This document shows, piece after piece, positions 15,001 to 20,511 of a stretch of DNA of 64,000 nt. The stretch lies in assembly GCA_043797125.1 (NCBI GenBank), contig JAZDPX010000014.1, positions 1,755 through 65,754 on the forward strand, in the 5' to 3' direction. Positions within the stretch are counted from its first letter, which is position 1; each line of letters begins with the position of its first letter. This DNA is from Candidatus Omnitrophota bacterium. GTDB taxonomy: Bacteria > Omnitrophota > Gorgyraeia > JABMRG01 > JAFGKX01. The notes below the pieces were generated by a model. That model saw only the letters and a program-made list of their open reading frames with translations. It made no database searches and was not told the origin of the DNA. The translations under genes and the position numbers were made by a program.

Positions 15001-18000
15001 TGATTTAACCAAGACTGTAACAGCAGTAGATACCTTAACCTTTGATAATACCGGCACCCAAATTATTACCCATACTTTAACCTTAACCGGTGATTCAGGC
15101 GACGGAGACCTACTTTCGTTAATAAGTGATTCCAGCCCCAATCAATTCAGCATTACTTTACAGGCAGGAGGCGCTCAAGTCTTATCTTATCTTGATGTTA
15201 AAGATTCCGATGCTTCAGGCGGAGTATGTTTAGCCGCAGGCGCAAACTCAACTAATTCCGGAAACAATTTAAACTGGAGTTTCCCGGTGAATATTACCGG
15301 CACTGCCTATCAAACCAACGAAAGCTCGTTTTTAGCCAATGGTATAGACATTACCTTAATGGCCTATGATGTAAACGGCGTGTTGCTTTCCGGCTATCCG
15401 CAGACTGTGCAAACCGCAGGCGGCCTCGGTGGTTTTACTTTTAGCGGAGTTCCTTTAGCAGTCGGCGGCAGCTATGTGGTTTATATAAACGGCGCAGGAA
15501 CAGGGGAGACTGGAAACACCATCGGTACTACTGACGCCAGCGCTATTAATCTCTCGGTGATGGATGACCATATTATTATTCGCACCGACCACGCAAGCGC
15601 CACTGCTTCAAGCTACGCAGTTACAAACAGTATCCTTTCGCGTTTTGATAATGATGATGACACTGATATGCTTTATACGGTAGCAGCCGGCGATTTAACT
15701 GTAGAAGACGGCGTAGAGCTATACATCAACACCGGCGACTTCTTTACTCCCGCAGGAAATGTTACTACCGGCACCGACCCCACTAACCAGGAATCCTTAG
15801 ACCTAAACGGCACCTGGACTGAAACCGGCACCGAGACCTTAACCATTAACGGCGACTTTGATTCTACGGGAGGAACTTTTACCAGAGCCAGCGGGACGGT
15901 AAAATTTAACAACGTCTCCTGCAGCATTACCGGCTCGCAGGATTTTAATAATGTGGAGTTTTACGCTGATACAAGCTCTAAAACTTTTACCATTTCTGGC
16001 GGAACTATTCTAACGGTTAATGGAACACTTACCCTTAGTGGGGCAACGGGTATTACCTTAAACACCGGAGATATTTACACCAAAGGGAATATTAGTATTA
16101 CTAATAATTCATCTTCAGGTGGCGGTTCAGCTACTATTACTATAAATGGCAGTAGCACTCAAACCATTACTGGCGTTGGTACCACTAATTATCTACCCAA
16201 AGTTACCATTAATAAGTCTGGTAATAGTGGCGATCTTGTTCTTTCTGGCGTAATCAGGGTTGGCAATGATCTTACTTTTACTACTATTGGCAATGGCTTG
16301 TTTACTACTGCTGGCTCTACTGTGTGTTTTTACAGCGGCATTTCTGGAGAAACTTTTGACATTTCCGGTATTTTTACTCTGAATAATGTTTATTTTGGCT
16401 ACACTGTTGATAGTTCAGTTTCTTATGTTATTAATGATACCTTGACTATTGCTGGGACACTATATTTACAAGGAACCCTAAACCTTATCATTAATACTGG
16501 TACCATCAACACCCAAGGTAATATCACTATTAGCAATACCAGTACCACCGGAGGCGGAACAGCCACTATCAACATTAATGGCACCGGCAGCCAAACTTTA
16601 GACGGCCCAGCTACAGCAGGACAGGGGAAGCTTCCCAATGTTACCATTGAAAAAGACTCCGGCACTCTCTACTTAAGAGACATCATCTCCGTCGCCGGCG
16701 ACTGGACTTATACAAAAGGCACAATAGATATCGCTACCTACGACAACACCGTAGCCTTCTACGGCACGCATAACTTAGACGGCCAGGGCACAGTAGATAC
16801 CATGGCCTTTAAGAATGTTACCTTTGCCGGAGTAACTACACTCACCGGTAACTTAGATGTAAATAACGACTTAACCATTGATAGCGGCTGTTCATTAGAT
16901 ACCAGCGCTACGGATTATTCTATCAACGTAGGCGGAGACTGGATAAACAATGCCGGAGCTGTTGGTTTTACTGCCAATGAAAGCTTAGTAACCTTAGACG
17001 GCTTATCCCAAGCCTTCACCGGCTCAACTACCTTCTACGATTTAAGTAAAGTAGTAACAGCAGCTGACACTTTAACCTTTGACAATACTGCTACCCAGCT
17101 TATCACTCATACCTTAACCTTAAAAGGCGAGTCAGGAAAACTGCTTTCCTTAAGAAGCGACTCTAACGGCGTGCAATACACCCTTACCTTACAAGCAGGC
17201 GGCACCCAGGACTTAGCTTACTTAGATGTTAAAGACTCTGATGCTTCAAGTGGGTTAGTATTGGTAGGAGGGGCTACTTCAACTAATTCCGGAAACAATT
17301 TAAACTGGAGCTTCGCTATAACCATAACAGGCACTGCATACCAGACCAATGAAACCTCATTCTTAGCAAATGGCATTAATATCACATTAATGGCTTATGA
17401 CGTAAACGGTAACTTAGTTAGCGGCTATCCGCAGACCGTGCAAACCGCAGGCGGCAGCGGTGGCTTTACTTTTAGCAATATTGCTTTAGTCTCCGGAGGA
17501 AGTTATGTAGTCTATATCAACGACTCCGGAACAGGCGAAACCGGAAACACCGTTGGCACTACTGATGCCAGCGCTATTAATCTCTCGGTGATGGACGATC
17601 ATATTATTATTCGCACCGACCACGCAAGCGCCACTGCCTCAAGTTATGCGGTCAGCAACTCCATTTTAAGCCGCTTTGACAATGATGATGACGCTGATAT
17701 GCTCTACACTGTTGCCGCAGGTGTCCTCACTGTGGAAAACGGCGCTGAACTCTACATCAACACTGGCGACTTCTTTACTCCAGCAGGAAATGTAAATACC
17801 GGCACAGACCCCACAAATCAAGCATCCTTAGACCTCAACGGCACCTGGACTGAAACCGGCACCGAGACCTTAACCATAAACGGAGACTTTGATTCAACTG
17901 GCGGCACCTTCACTCGTGCATCAGGCACAGTAAAATTCAATAACTTCACCGGCAGCATCACTGGCTCGCAGGATTTTAATAATGTGGAGTTTACGGCGAG

Positions 18001-19918
18001 TAGTGCCTTTAAGACCTTTACTATTTCCGCTGGCACCATACTTACCGTCAACGGTACGTTGACCGAAAGTGGGACAGCCGCTATATTTTTAAACACCGGC
18101 GATATCTATGCAAAAGGGAATATTACTGTTACTAATACTACAACCTGGGGTGGTGGGTCAGCCACTATTACTATTAACGGAAGCAGCACCCAAACCATTG
18201 AGTATGTTGCTGGTGCCAATAATAGACTCCCAAAAGTTACCATCAATAAACCGGGTGATAGCGGCGACCTTATTATTTCTGGTGGCATTTCTGTTGCTAA
18301 TGATTTTACTTTTACCACTATCGGCAATGGTTCTTTTACCACTGCTGATTCCAAGGTAAATTTTTATGAAGGCGCTTCCGGAGAAACTTTTGATATATCT
18401 GGTACATTTGGTTTAAATAATGTCCAGTTTGGCGCATGGAGTTATACCCCCACTTTTATTATTAGTGGCACCTTGACGCTTACTGGATATTTATCGATAA
18501 GTACGACTACTGGAATTACCTTTAATGTCAATGATACCATCAATGTCTCTGGTTATTTCGAGTTGGGTGGGACCAAAACAATTACTGTTAATACCGGTAC
18601 CATCAATGCAGGTGGGGCTATTTTTCTTACTAACACTGATACTTCCGGCGGAGGCACTGCTACGGTCAACATTAATGGTGCAGGTAGTCAGACCCTGAGG
18701 GGTTATGGTGTCGCCGGTCAAGGCAGGCTTCCCAATGTTAAGGTAGAAAAAGATGGTGGTACGCTTTACTTAAGAGACACCATCTCCGTTGCCGGCGACT
18801 GGACTTATGTTAAAGGAACAATAGATATCACTACCAATGACTCTACAGTAGTATTTTATGGAACTCACAATTTAGACGGTCAGGGCTCGAGCGCGACTAT
18901 GACTTTTGATAATGTTACCTTTGCCGGCGCAACTACCTTAACCGGAAACTTAAATGTTGGCAGTAACTTCTCAACCAATTCCGGTACACTTGATATAGCA
19001 ACCTACACCGCAACTGTCAGCGGCGCAACCGACTTAAATGATACCTTAACCATTTCTACCGGCACCTTTAACGCAGACGGCGCATTTGACGGAACCGGCG
19101 CCACCATTACCTTTACCGGCGAAGGAAACTTAGTCCTATCTTCAACCGTTACTGCCGTAGCCGCTAATCTTACCAATACCATGGGCGAAGTTATTTATGA
19201 CGCAGCAGCCGATCAAACCATAGACACGGGCATTACTTATCATGATTTGACCATAAACAACTCAGGCATAGCAATAGCTACTCAAGAAGCAGGCACATTA
19301 AACATTGCCGGCAACTGGACTAATAACGGCATCTTCAATGCTAATAATGGCACAGTTGCTTTTACGGATATTTCACAAGCAAGCACAATAGCAGGTAATA
19401 CTACATTCTATAATTTTGTTTGCGAAACAGCGGGAAAGACCCTGACATTTACCGCCGGCACAGAGCAAATTGTTACAAATGACTTAACCATAAAAGGCGC
19501 AATTGGTAACACCGTTACCATAAATGACACAGGCGCAGGCGCAACACCGAAGCTTAGCCTGCAAGCAGGCAAGACCCAGGATATTGAAAACGTAGATGTA
19601 ACCAACAATGACGCTTCAAGCGGACAACAGCTTATCGCGGATGGCGCATCAACCTTAAACGGTATCACCACAAATTGGTTGTTGGCCAGCGGCGTTGTTC
19701 CTCCAGCTACAACAACCACAGTTGACCTAACCAATATTTTAATAATACAGGGCGCCTGCGGCATGTACGGCAATTACTTTATGCTTCAGCCAAAAGCAAA
19801 ACCCACCATATGGGAAATGCGCGTTCAGCGCATGCTGCTTGAAAGATGGTTCTCTTTAGCAGATCTTCAGTATTTAGGCCTTACTATTCATCCTGCCTTT
19901 AAACCGAAGAAGAAATAA
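68..19918 (+). CDS. Giant repetitive surface-type protein, at least 6,616 aa. N-terminal ~300 aa unknown domain, ~9 SBBP-like beta-propeller repeats, Cna-B/CarbopepD_reg-like domain, then 6-7 long beta-helix-like tandem modules. Probably 5'-partial in this window.
   Basis: Single uninterrupted ORF. Frame is also open from nt 2 to 67 (IDPDFQGTIQSLTIDGYSGDIA), resembling internal repeat ends (ALVIDPTL), but AGGTGA lies 8 nt upstream of ATG68, so the start is ambiguous. Repeated YSTYLGGxxxDxGxGIAVDSSGCAYVTG...DAFVTKFN units and recurring STTFYDLTKTV...LQAGGTQxLxYLDVxDSDASxG...SGNNLNWSF submodules; Thr/Gly/Asn/Asp-rich. Confidence 0.85.
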   Translation: MQRTLTINGNLSFLGNSYISFDNPALAPSSQERFKISLKGDLIIDNTNAWVYAAISLCSSQDQNLRILKGTVYGAITIDKASGRVIFGDFDLTKLPLYFVPNQGQVPDSQVKFYVSSGNRLMYFTPTGICYLFSQTDPDTGVKTWVPVNLSFLDASGNAVISPELLTGALFSYFLGNDLAQYHAGLPSYYKITYTGLYPGITLSISSQQSNLKTEYVVAPGIDYCQIKLSYENITSLEIDSEGNLIIRTSVAELTELKPYVYQYIDGVKVVIDAEFEILSANSYGFKLGAYNQDYALVIDPTLWLTYSTYLGGSSQDYGRAIAVDSSGCAYVTGSTQSADFPTSNAYQGSSGGSDDAFVTKFNSAGSALVYSTYLGGSDNDAGYGIAVDSSGCAYITGNTSSTDFPLQNAFQSSKSTGSDAFVTKFNSAGSALTYSTYLGGTGSGDYGKGIAVDTSSCAYVTGYTDSTDFPLQSAFQGTKGAGYDVFVTKFNAAGSALTYSTYLGGNNNDFGRSIAVDSSGCAYVTGEARSTDFPMQSAYQGTHGGGLWDAFVTKFNAAGSTLAYSTYLGGSGGDYGYGIKVDSSGFAYVTGSTISTNFPTQDPYQGANAGNSDAFLTKFNAAGSALVYSTYLGGAVNDYGRSIAIDPSGCAYVTGETSSSADFPTQDPYQGSYGGSTWDAFITKFNSGASALVYSTYLGGTAADYGTGIAVDSAYIAYVAGYTASTDFPTESPYQGSNGGNGYNDAFVAKLNFGISVSGTVYTNEGKTANVSSGVTIGLSVHGLTKTTNTTDANGAFTFYSVPVDADNTITLFVDDNGSYEANLVSQAADGTSAISVEMYTNKIVLRYESAGPMTNTLLNRADNSGDDDIHYTFSGSDITFDTGYEVWIDSGKTYTPGAAVSVDSLENNGTFNPEANAITVRGSWDNDGTFTSSGTVSFTTASSATIDTGGVGASCDFENLTVDKSGGILQLTGNHLEVDTTLTITAGTLDMNGKNITEADTISVTGTLKLQGSETTSVAPTNNAGSTIEYSATTAIKDWTYKSIKLNGSGAVFTLPGDITANENFEITLGEFQQGANKNLTVKGDFTIAAANATFTKGTGTSKLILDGSGTTPTFYGPTTPQNLGVVQIGASPGDVYLNADFMADSITVDAGDVFYTMGYEVDAGSGGITLVTGAPGGEIDTTDQDAAGYEKDGTIITCAGAFTINAGAVFTKCSTASYESLVKMDGGGAANFKSSSQDIGNFQISTANSNITLQDALNADDITIDGSTTLTAGANAVNCAGDWDNSGSFSSSAAVTLDGTAQSILGSTTFYDLTKTVVLADTLTFDSAGEQIITHDLTLNGADTELLSIVSNNPGTRAALTLQAGGTQDLQYLDVQDSDASAGLTLAGGATSTNSGNNLNWSFPIDIDGIAYAADEAATLGNGIDIILRAYDLSGNLLAGYPQTATIAGGLGEFSFSGVTVVAGGALVFYIDSTDTGGNAGNTYTITDATDIADMQIFYSHLNVRDDTAYVTKIPVTNTILNYYDNGSDSANMIFNVNAGAMTMENISELKIDSTGSFAPGGDVTTGITVADAGSDNLVFNLDGAWTESGASAETLTIKKHSDFSGSFTKGIGTVVFSNATQTINGTQEFNNVTFTYNGTGAAAYFTINNTLTVTGTLKFAGTYGVSLSTGTINAEGNIEITNTSTRNPEGTATIKINGDGNQIITGSPAADQGQFPGKMYISKDSGDLTLTDGTFIRIGSDWTFDKMLNDGQLIVTGSTVVFYSNLTITATVAGDHGLNNVTFATSTGADYYQPEIAAGTILTVEGNLFFDGPRQVRLNTGTIWVYGDVTTDIADDDGGGSALIVFKGANPQKLTGSGAAGTGKLCDIEIAKTNGTFTLESIICVDGHWTFTSIGAGSIVNTDSTVIFYGNHNVTCEGDITMAFNNVTVAGNTRTLTGDLDVDGALIIDSGCSLNNAGNHAINVGGNWDNDNGGTFTSGNATVTFDGPSAATIYTGGAGANFDFNNVIIDKDADGTVVQISGNLWEIDGTLTITQGVLYLNGQSITNSTGLSIEDAGTLRLNGSENIPWAANDINTGTWEYIGAGAGPYNIKDFGADDYHNLTINATNDSDIFQLTAALKVYGDLTIDGGELNVTDTDYQINVAGNWENNDTFTPEEGTVILDGSGQSILGSTTFYDLTKTVTAVDTLTFDSAGEQIITHTLTLTGDVGDGDLLSLVSSTPGTRAALTLQAGGTQVLSYLNVQDSDASGGLTLAGGATSTNSGNNLNWSFPIDIDGIAYEADEAATLGNGIDILLRAYDLSGNLLAGYPQTATITDGLGGFSFNGVTAVAGGVLVFYIDSTDTGGIAGNTFTITDATDIIDMEAFYRHLNIRDDTAYVTKIPVTNTILNYYDNGSDSANMIFNVNAGAMTMEATTELKIDSTGTFAPGGDVTTGTTVPDDLIFNLDGTWTESGASAETLTIKNDCDFTGGTFTRGIGTVKFTTSGTDITGSQEFYNLSFIAPNAVYAIEALTELTVHGTLTIQATHASNAYILLNGGTINAKRDITLSVTTPGAASNLGPCTATVNINGTVDQTITGTSVGDDSVGVALPNVNISKDPGSTLFLKDYIAFCATSWTYTKGTIDIATYDSTVRFHDADMTISGSLILDNVWFSARNSDTFEIVNTLTVNNLTISGFSGSPTLNTGTINVKGDIDLSGGGSGGGGTATIKINGLNIQTITGSGTANYGKLPNLTIEKLDDTGNLVLSSIISIAGNWIFNTIGANDTVVNTGSTVVFYGNKNLDGEGDITMAFNNVIFGASGGGTRILIGDLDVDGDLTINGSSILDNNTSGTFDISVGGDWSNSYRFISGAGTVTFDGGTSATLNSGGTGQYFDFNDIIVAKTGAAVLQLSGNTLEIDGTLTINDGVIDLNGQTITNSTSLSIEDAGTLRLIGTETIPWAANDIDTGTWEYIGGGSTTYTLKDFGADGGNDYYNLIINSSVGTADTFQIDGVKNLKVAGDFSLNSGTFSANGRNQNIAGDFSLALGALYTKGGTLTFDGATAASYTDSTVGLQNVGAVSLNKTDAGDPATNNKLTLLSNMLCDSLTVDGTGGSADTLAIGANTITATGATDLNGTLTISTGTFNADGAFDGTGGTITFTGEGNLVLSSTVTNVASSLTTTMGEVIYDGAAAQDVDTGITYHDLTIDNSGGFIATQEAGTLDINGDFLINDSNAKFTAANAGNIEVYGSWTNNGTFTANSGTVTLNGTSQAINGSTTFYNLTKSVAAATTLTLDNTATQLITHTLILNGDVGQLLSLRSDSTPNQFSITLQAGGTQTLSYLDVKDSDASGGLTLAAGSTSTNSGNNLNWSFPITITGTAYQANGTSYLANGKTIEMRAYDLSNNLVSGYPLTVDTADGSGGFTFSNATVVTGGILVFHIHDETENGNVYTITDGNSFSMNLLQNFLIIRSDSAAASASNCITNAKLDIYDRGQDTNDMLFTVTAGALTMDTSSVLRVRSSGYFTPGGNVTTGTTIPSLASAVYDLDGTWTETAGDTLTIQNTCTFDGTFTKATGKVKFNTGSDTSSIIGGTQDFYDVEFNNPTGSEITFSISNTLTVYGTLTQSGAGNVRLVGGAINAKGDIVIGNTGGTGDTTGSTTININGTTDQEIISTVGVGEGKLPAVTINKPGDSGDLTLTGIVNVGNNFTYTSMGNGLFVTDDSTLAFCNASITASGTFIVNNLTFYNGRAPSYTFNIGTITVNGTLTLAGSGPIGLNNGTINAKGNLATTNTNTNCSGIMTININGDVPQEFSGSATMGQGKWPTIVINKTDTLTLKNIISIYWDWTYTAGTVDATTNDSTVAFYESHNLDGQGAGGTMAFDNVTIAGGTRTLTGNLDVDGNLTINSGCALSSGNYAISVGGDWDNDNGGTFTSGNATVTFNHASAATIYTGGVTGNYDFHQNIEINKDASTTVVQLSGNGLDVDGTFTITKGIFYLNGQPISSGTTLSVTDNGTLRLNGNEAMSWTSNSTATGTWEYVGAGAGPYNIKDFGVNDYHNLLINASNGTDVFQLTAALNVDGDLTIDSGELNVTDTDYQINVAGNWENNDTFTAEEGAVVLDGAGQSILGSTTFYDLTKTVTSPDILTFDSTGEQIITHTLTLNGDTGDGDLLSIVSDNPGTRAALTLQAGGTQSLSYLDVQDSDASAGETLNGGATSDNSGNNLNWILPTDVSGTARQTDETDPIAGIVGILLKVYDPSTGLQRGGDYTDDTDNDLGTFTMTSALMKDGDILIIYIDGAAEDANTFTIADGSDMAGVDLYDDHLVIRNEIAGSTTPITNTILNYWDSNDDADMVFAVNSGALVMSTAKDAELYINSGDYFAPGGDVTTADGIPSGQHTLDLNGTWTESGASAETLTIKNDCDFTGGTFTRGIGTIIFSTASATLDIYGDDTQDFNNVTFYGGAATFAIEADTVLTVNGTLKIEAVGGTVYVYLLTGTINAKGDITLLISTGSTDYRTVEGTATININGAGDQTITGLSSSDGISSVSLPNVNISKDTGTLYLKDFFRVSGDTWTYTKGSLDVTTYDSTVEFFSGMTIIGTHALDNVTFTGNSVPDEIAAGTILTVNDELTIGAFNYVWINTGTIYAKGNITLNGLCTNNASGGSATIIINGAGDQYITGTDTAGTGGRLPNIEISKDSGILYFDNIITLTNYDGNITWTYTKGTVDATTYGSTVAFYDTTNVDAEGMAFDNIIIGGYVALASGLDADGDLTINSGRTLDNSGNYAISVGGDWDNDNGGTFTSGNATVTFDGASAATIYTGTTGANVNDFQNVIIDKDADGTVVQLSGNTFEIDGTLTITQGVLYLNGQNITNSTTLSIENAGTLRLIGTESVPWAANDFDTGTWEFVGAGSGTYVITDYYTHYFNLLLNSGDGTDEFQLGAALDVDGDLTIESGELNVTDADYQINVAGDWTNNDTFTAEEGAVVLDGLGQSILGSTTFYDLTKTVTAVDTLTFDNTGTQIITHTLTLTGDSGDGDLLSLISDSSPNQFSITLQAGGAQVLSYLDVKDSDASGGVCLAAGANSTNSGNNLNWSFPVNITGTAYQTNESSFLANGIDITLMAYDVNGVLLSGYPQTVQTAGGLGGFTFSGVPLAVGGSYVVYINGAGTGETGNTIGTTDASAINLSVMDDHIIIRTDHASATASSYAVTNSILSRFDNDDDTDMLYTVAAGDLTVEDGVELYINTGDFFTPAGNVTTGTDPTNQESLDLNGTWTETGTETLTINGDFDSTGGTFTRASGTVKFNNVSCSITGSQDFNNVEFYADTSSKTFTISGGTILTVNGTLTLSGATGITLNTGDIYTKGNISITNNSSSGGGSATITINGSSTQTITGVGTTNYLPKVTINKSGNSGDLVLSGVIRVGNDLTFTTIGNGLFTTAGSTVCFYSGISGETFDISGIFTLNNVYFGYTVDSSVSYVINDTLTIAGTLYLQGTLNLIINTGTINTQGNITISNTSTTGGGTATININGTGSQTLDGPATAGQGKLPNVTIEKDSGTLYLRDIISVAGDWTYTKGTIDIATYDNTVAFYGTHNLDGQGTVDTMAFKNVTFAGVTTLTGNLDVNNDLTIDSGCSLDTSATDYSINVGGDWINNAGAVGFTANESLVTLDGLSQAFTGSTTFYDLSKVVTAADTLTFDNTATQLITHTLTLKGESGKLLSLRSDSNGVQYTLTLQAGGTQDLAYLDVKDSDASSGLVLVGGATSTNSGNNLNWSFAITITGTAYQTNETSFLANGINITLMAYDVNGNLVSGYPQTVQTAGGSGGFTFSNIALVSGGSYVVYINDSGTGETGNTVGTTDASAINLSVMDDHIIIRTDHASATASSYAVSNSILSRFDNDDDADMLYTVAAGVLTVENGAELYINTGDFFTPAGNVNTGTDPTNQASLDLNGTWTETGTETLTINGDFDSTGGTFTRASGTVKFNNFTGSITGSQDFNNVEFTASSAFKTFTISAGTILTVNGTLTESGTAAIFLNTGDIYAKGNITVTNTTTWGGGSATITINGSSTQTIEYVAGANNRLPKVTINKPGDSGDLIISGGISVANDFTFTTIGNGSFTTADSKVNFYEGASGETFDISGTFGLNNVQFGAWSYTPTFIISGTLTLTGYLSISTTTGITFNVNDTINVSGYFELGGTKTITVNTGTINAGGAIFLTNTDTSGGGTATVNINGAGSQTLRGYGVAGQGRLPNVKVEKDGGTLYLRDTISVAGDWTYVKGTIDITTNDSTVVFYGTHNLDGQGSSATMTFDNVTFAGATTLTGNLNVGSNFSTNSGTLDIATYTATVSGATDLNDTLTISTGTFNADGAFDGTGATITFTGEGNLVLSSTVTAVAANLTNTMGEVIYDAAADQTIDTGITYHDLTINNSGIAIATQEAGTLNIAGNWTNNGIFNANNGTVAFTDISQASTIAGNTTFYNFVCETAGKTLTFTAGTEQIVTNDLTIKGAIGNTVTINDTGAGATPKLSLQAGKTQDIENVDVTNNDASSGQQLIADGASTLNGITTNWLLASGVVPPATTTTVDLTNILIIQGACGMYGNYFMLQPKAKPTIWEMRVQRMLLERWFSLADLQYLGLTIHPAFKPKKK
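985..2335 (+). repeat. ~9 tandem SBBP-type (beta-propeller) repeats of ~50 aa within the giant ORF
   Basis: Repeating YSTYLGG(S/T)xxDxGxGIAVDSSGCAYVTGxTxSxDFPxxxAYQGxxGGxxDAFVTKFNxAGSAL. Confidence 0.7.
2750..19700 (+). repeat. 6-7 long (~670-1080 aa) tandem modules within the giant ORF, some pairs ~90-95% identical at nt level
   Basis: GNNLNW motif DNA (AACTTAAACTGG) recurs near 4266, 6868, 10103, 12665, 15262 and 17292, with a degenerate 7th copy near 19400-19690. Near-identical nt stretches, e.g. 6571-6700 vs 14961-15090 and 15545-15660 vs 17565-17680. Confidence 0.75.
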
Positions 19919-19920
19919 GG

Positions 19921-19950
19921 CGGTCGATAGTCGATGGTCTATGGTCGATA
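19921..19950. repeat. Tandem heptanucleotide array (RGTCNAT x4) immediately 3' of the giant ORF stop
   Basis: ggtcgat agtcgat ggtctat ggtcgat. The same array type follows three other stop codons in the window. Confidence 0.7.
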
Positions 19951-20011
19951 TCCAATAAAATATATTGCGGATGGCGTTCGTTTAAGGTAAAATAGCGCAA
20001 GGAAAAAAGAG

Positions 20012-20386
20012 ATGAATCAAAAGATAAAGTATCAACATAAAGAACTTGCTGCCGGCAGATGGGCTAAGCTTTCCCTTTGCGAGCAAATGGCTAATATAGG
20101 AAGCGAAGTCAGCCGCGCCCTCAACTGGCAGAATAAAGGAAACAAGGAACTCTGCCAGAAGGCGGCAGCAAGGTCGCTTGAGCTTCTTGATTTAAGTTTA
20201 GATTCCGCGAAATCCTTCCCAAGGATTAAAGAATTTGCCCGCCTACGAGAGGCAATAGCGGATTATTTTTACGGACAGAACGAATTTTCCTCATCCGAGG
20301 TTCTGTGGCGCAAGTATTTTGACCGCTTTGCCTATTGCCTGCGCAAGTTACATAAACAGGTGCCGTTTACCAAGCCAATCGGCTGA
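20012..20386 (+). CDS. Hypothetical protein (124 aa)
   Basis: ORF with AAGGA-like RBS upstream. No recognisable motifs. Confidence 0.55.
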   Translation: MNQKIKYQHKELAAGRWAKLSLCEQMANIGSEVSRALNWQNKGNKELCQKAAARSLELLDLSLDSAKSFPRIKEFARLREAIADYFYGQNEFSSSEVLWRKYFDRFAYCLRKLHKQVPFTKPIG

Positions 20387-20448
20387 GTGTCCCCAGCCTA
20401 ATCGGCTGAGTGTCCCCATTGCAAATTCAGCATAAGAACAAAAAGTGC

Positions 20449-20477
20449 TTGCATTATTAAACACTTTATATTATAAT
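20449..20477 (+). promoter_or_regulatory. Sigma70-like promoter candidate (TTGCAT - 17 nt - TATAAT) upstream of first kinase-like gene
   Basis: TTGCAT at 20449-20454, 17-nt spacer, TATAAT at 20472-20477, ~35 nt before ATG 20512 in an AT-rich intergenic region. Confidence 0.45.
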
Positions 20478-20511
20478 ATATAAACATTTAAGTTAAATAT
20501 AAGGTAATAAT

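Noticed and set aside
3960-19700. Possibility that the long near-identical repeats in the first 20 kb are a CRISPR-like or satellite array
   Set aside because: The units are 2-3 kb, in frame, and protein-coding with conserved amino-acid motifs. There is no repeat-spacer architecture.
2184-19773. Dozens of 60-140 aa ORFs on both strands inside the giant gene (e.g. 2752-3171 -, 5065-5316 -, 13543-13905 -, 19408-19773 -)
   Set aside because: All lie within the 19.8-kb continuous ORF. They are alternate-frame or antisense artefacts of repetitive, low-stop-content sequence, with no RBS or independent homology.
20374-20418. Tandem ~22-nt direct repeat (CCAATCGGCTGAGTGTCCCCAG / CCTAATCGGCTGAGTGTCCCCAT) spanning the stop of the 124-aa ORF
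   Set aside because: Only two copies with no spacers. It is not a CRISPR array and is too short for a mobile element. Noted as a local duplication only.
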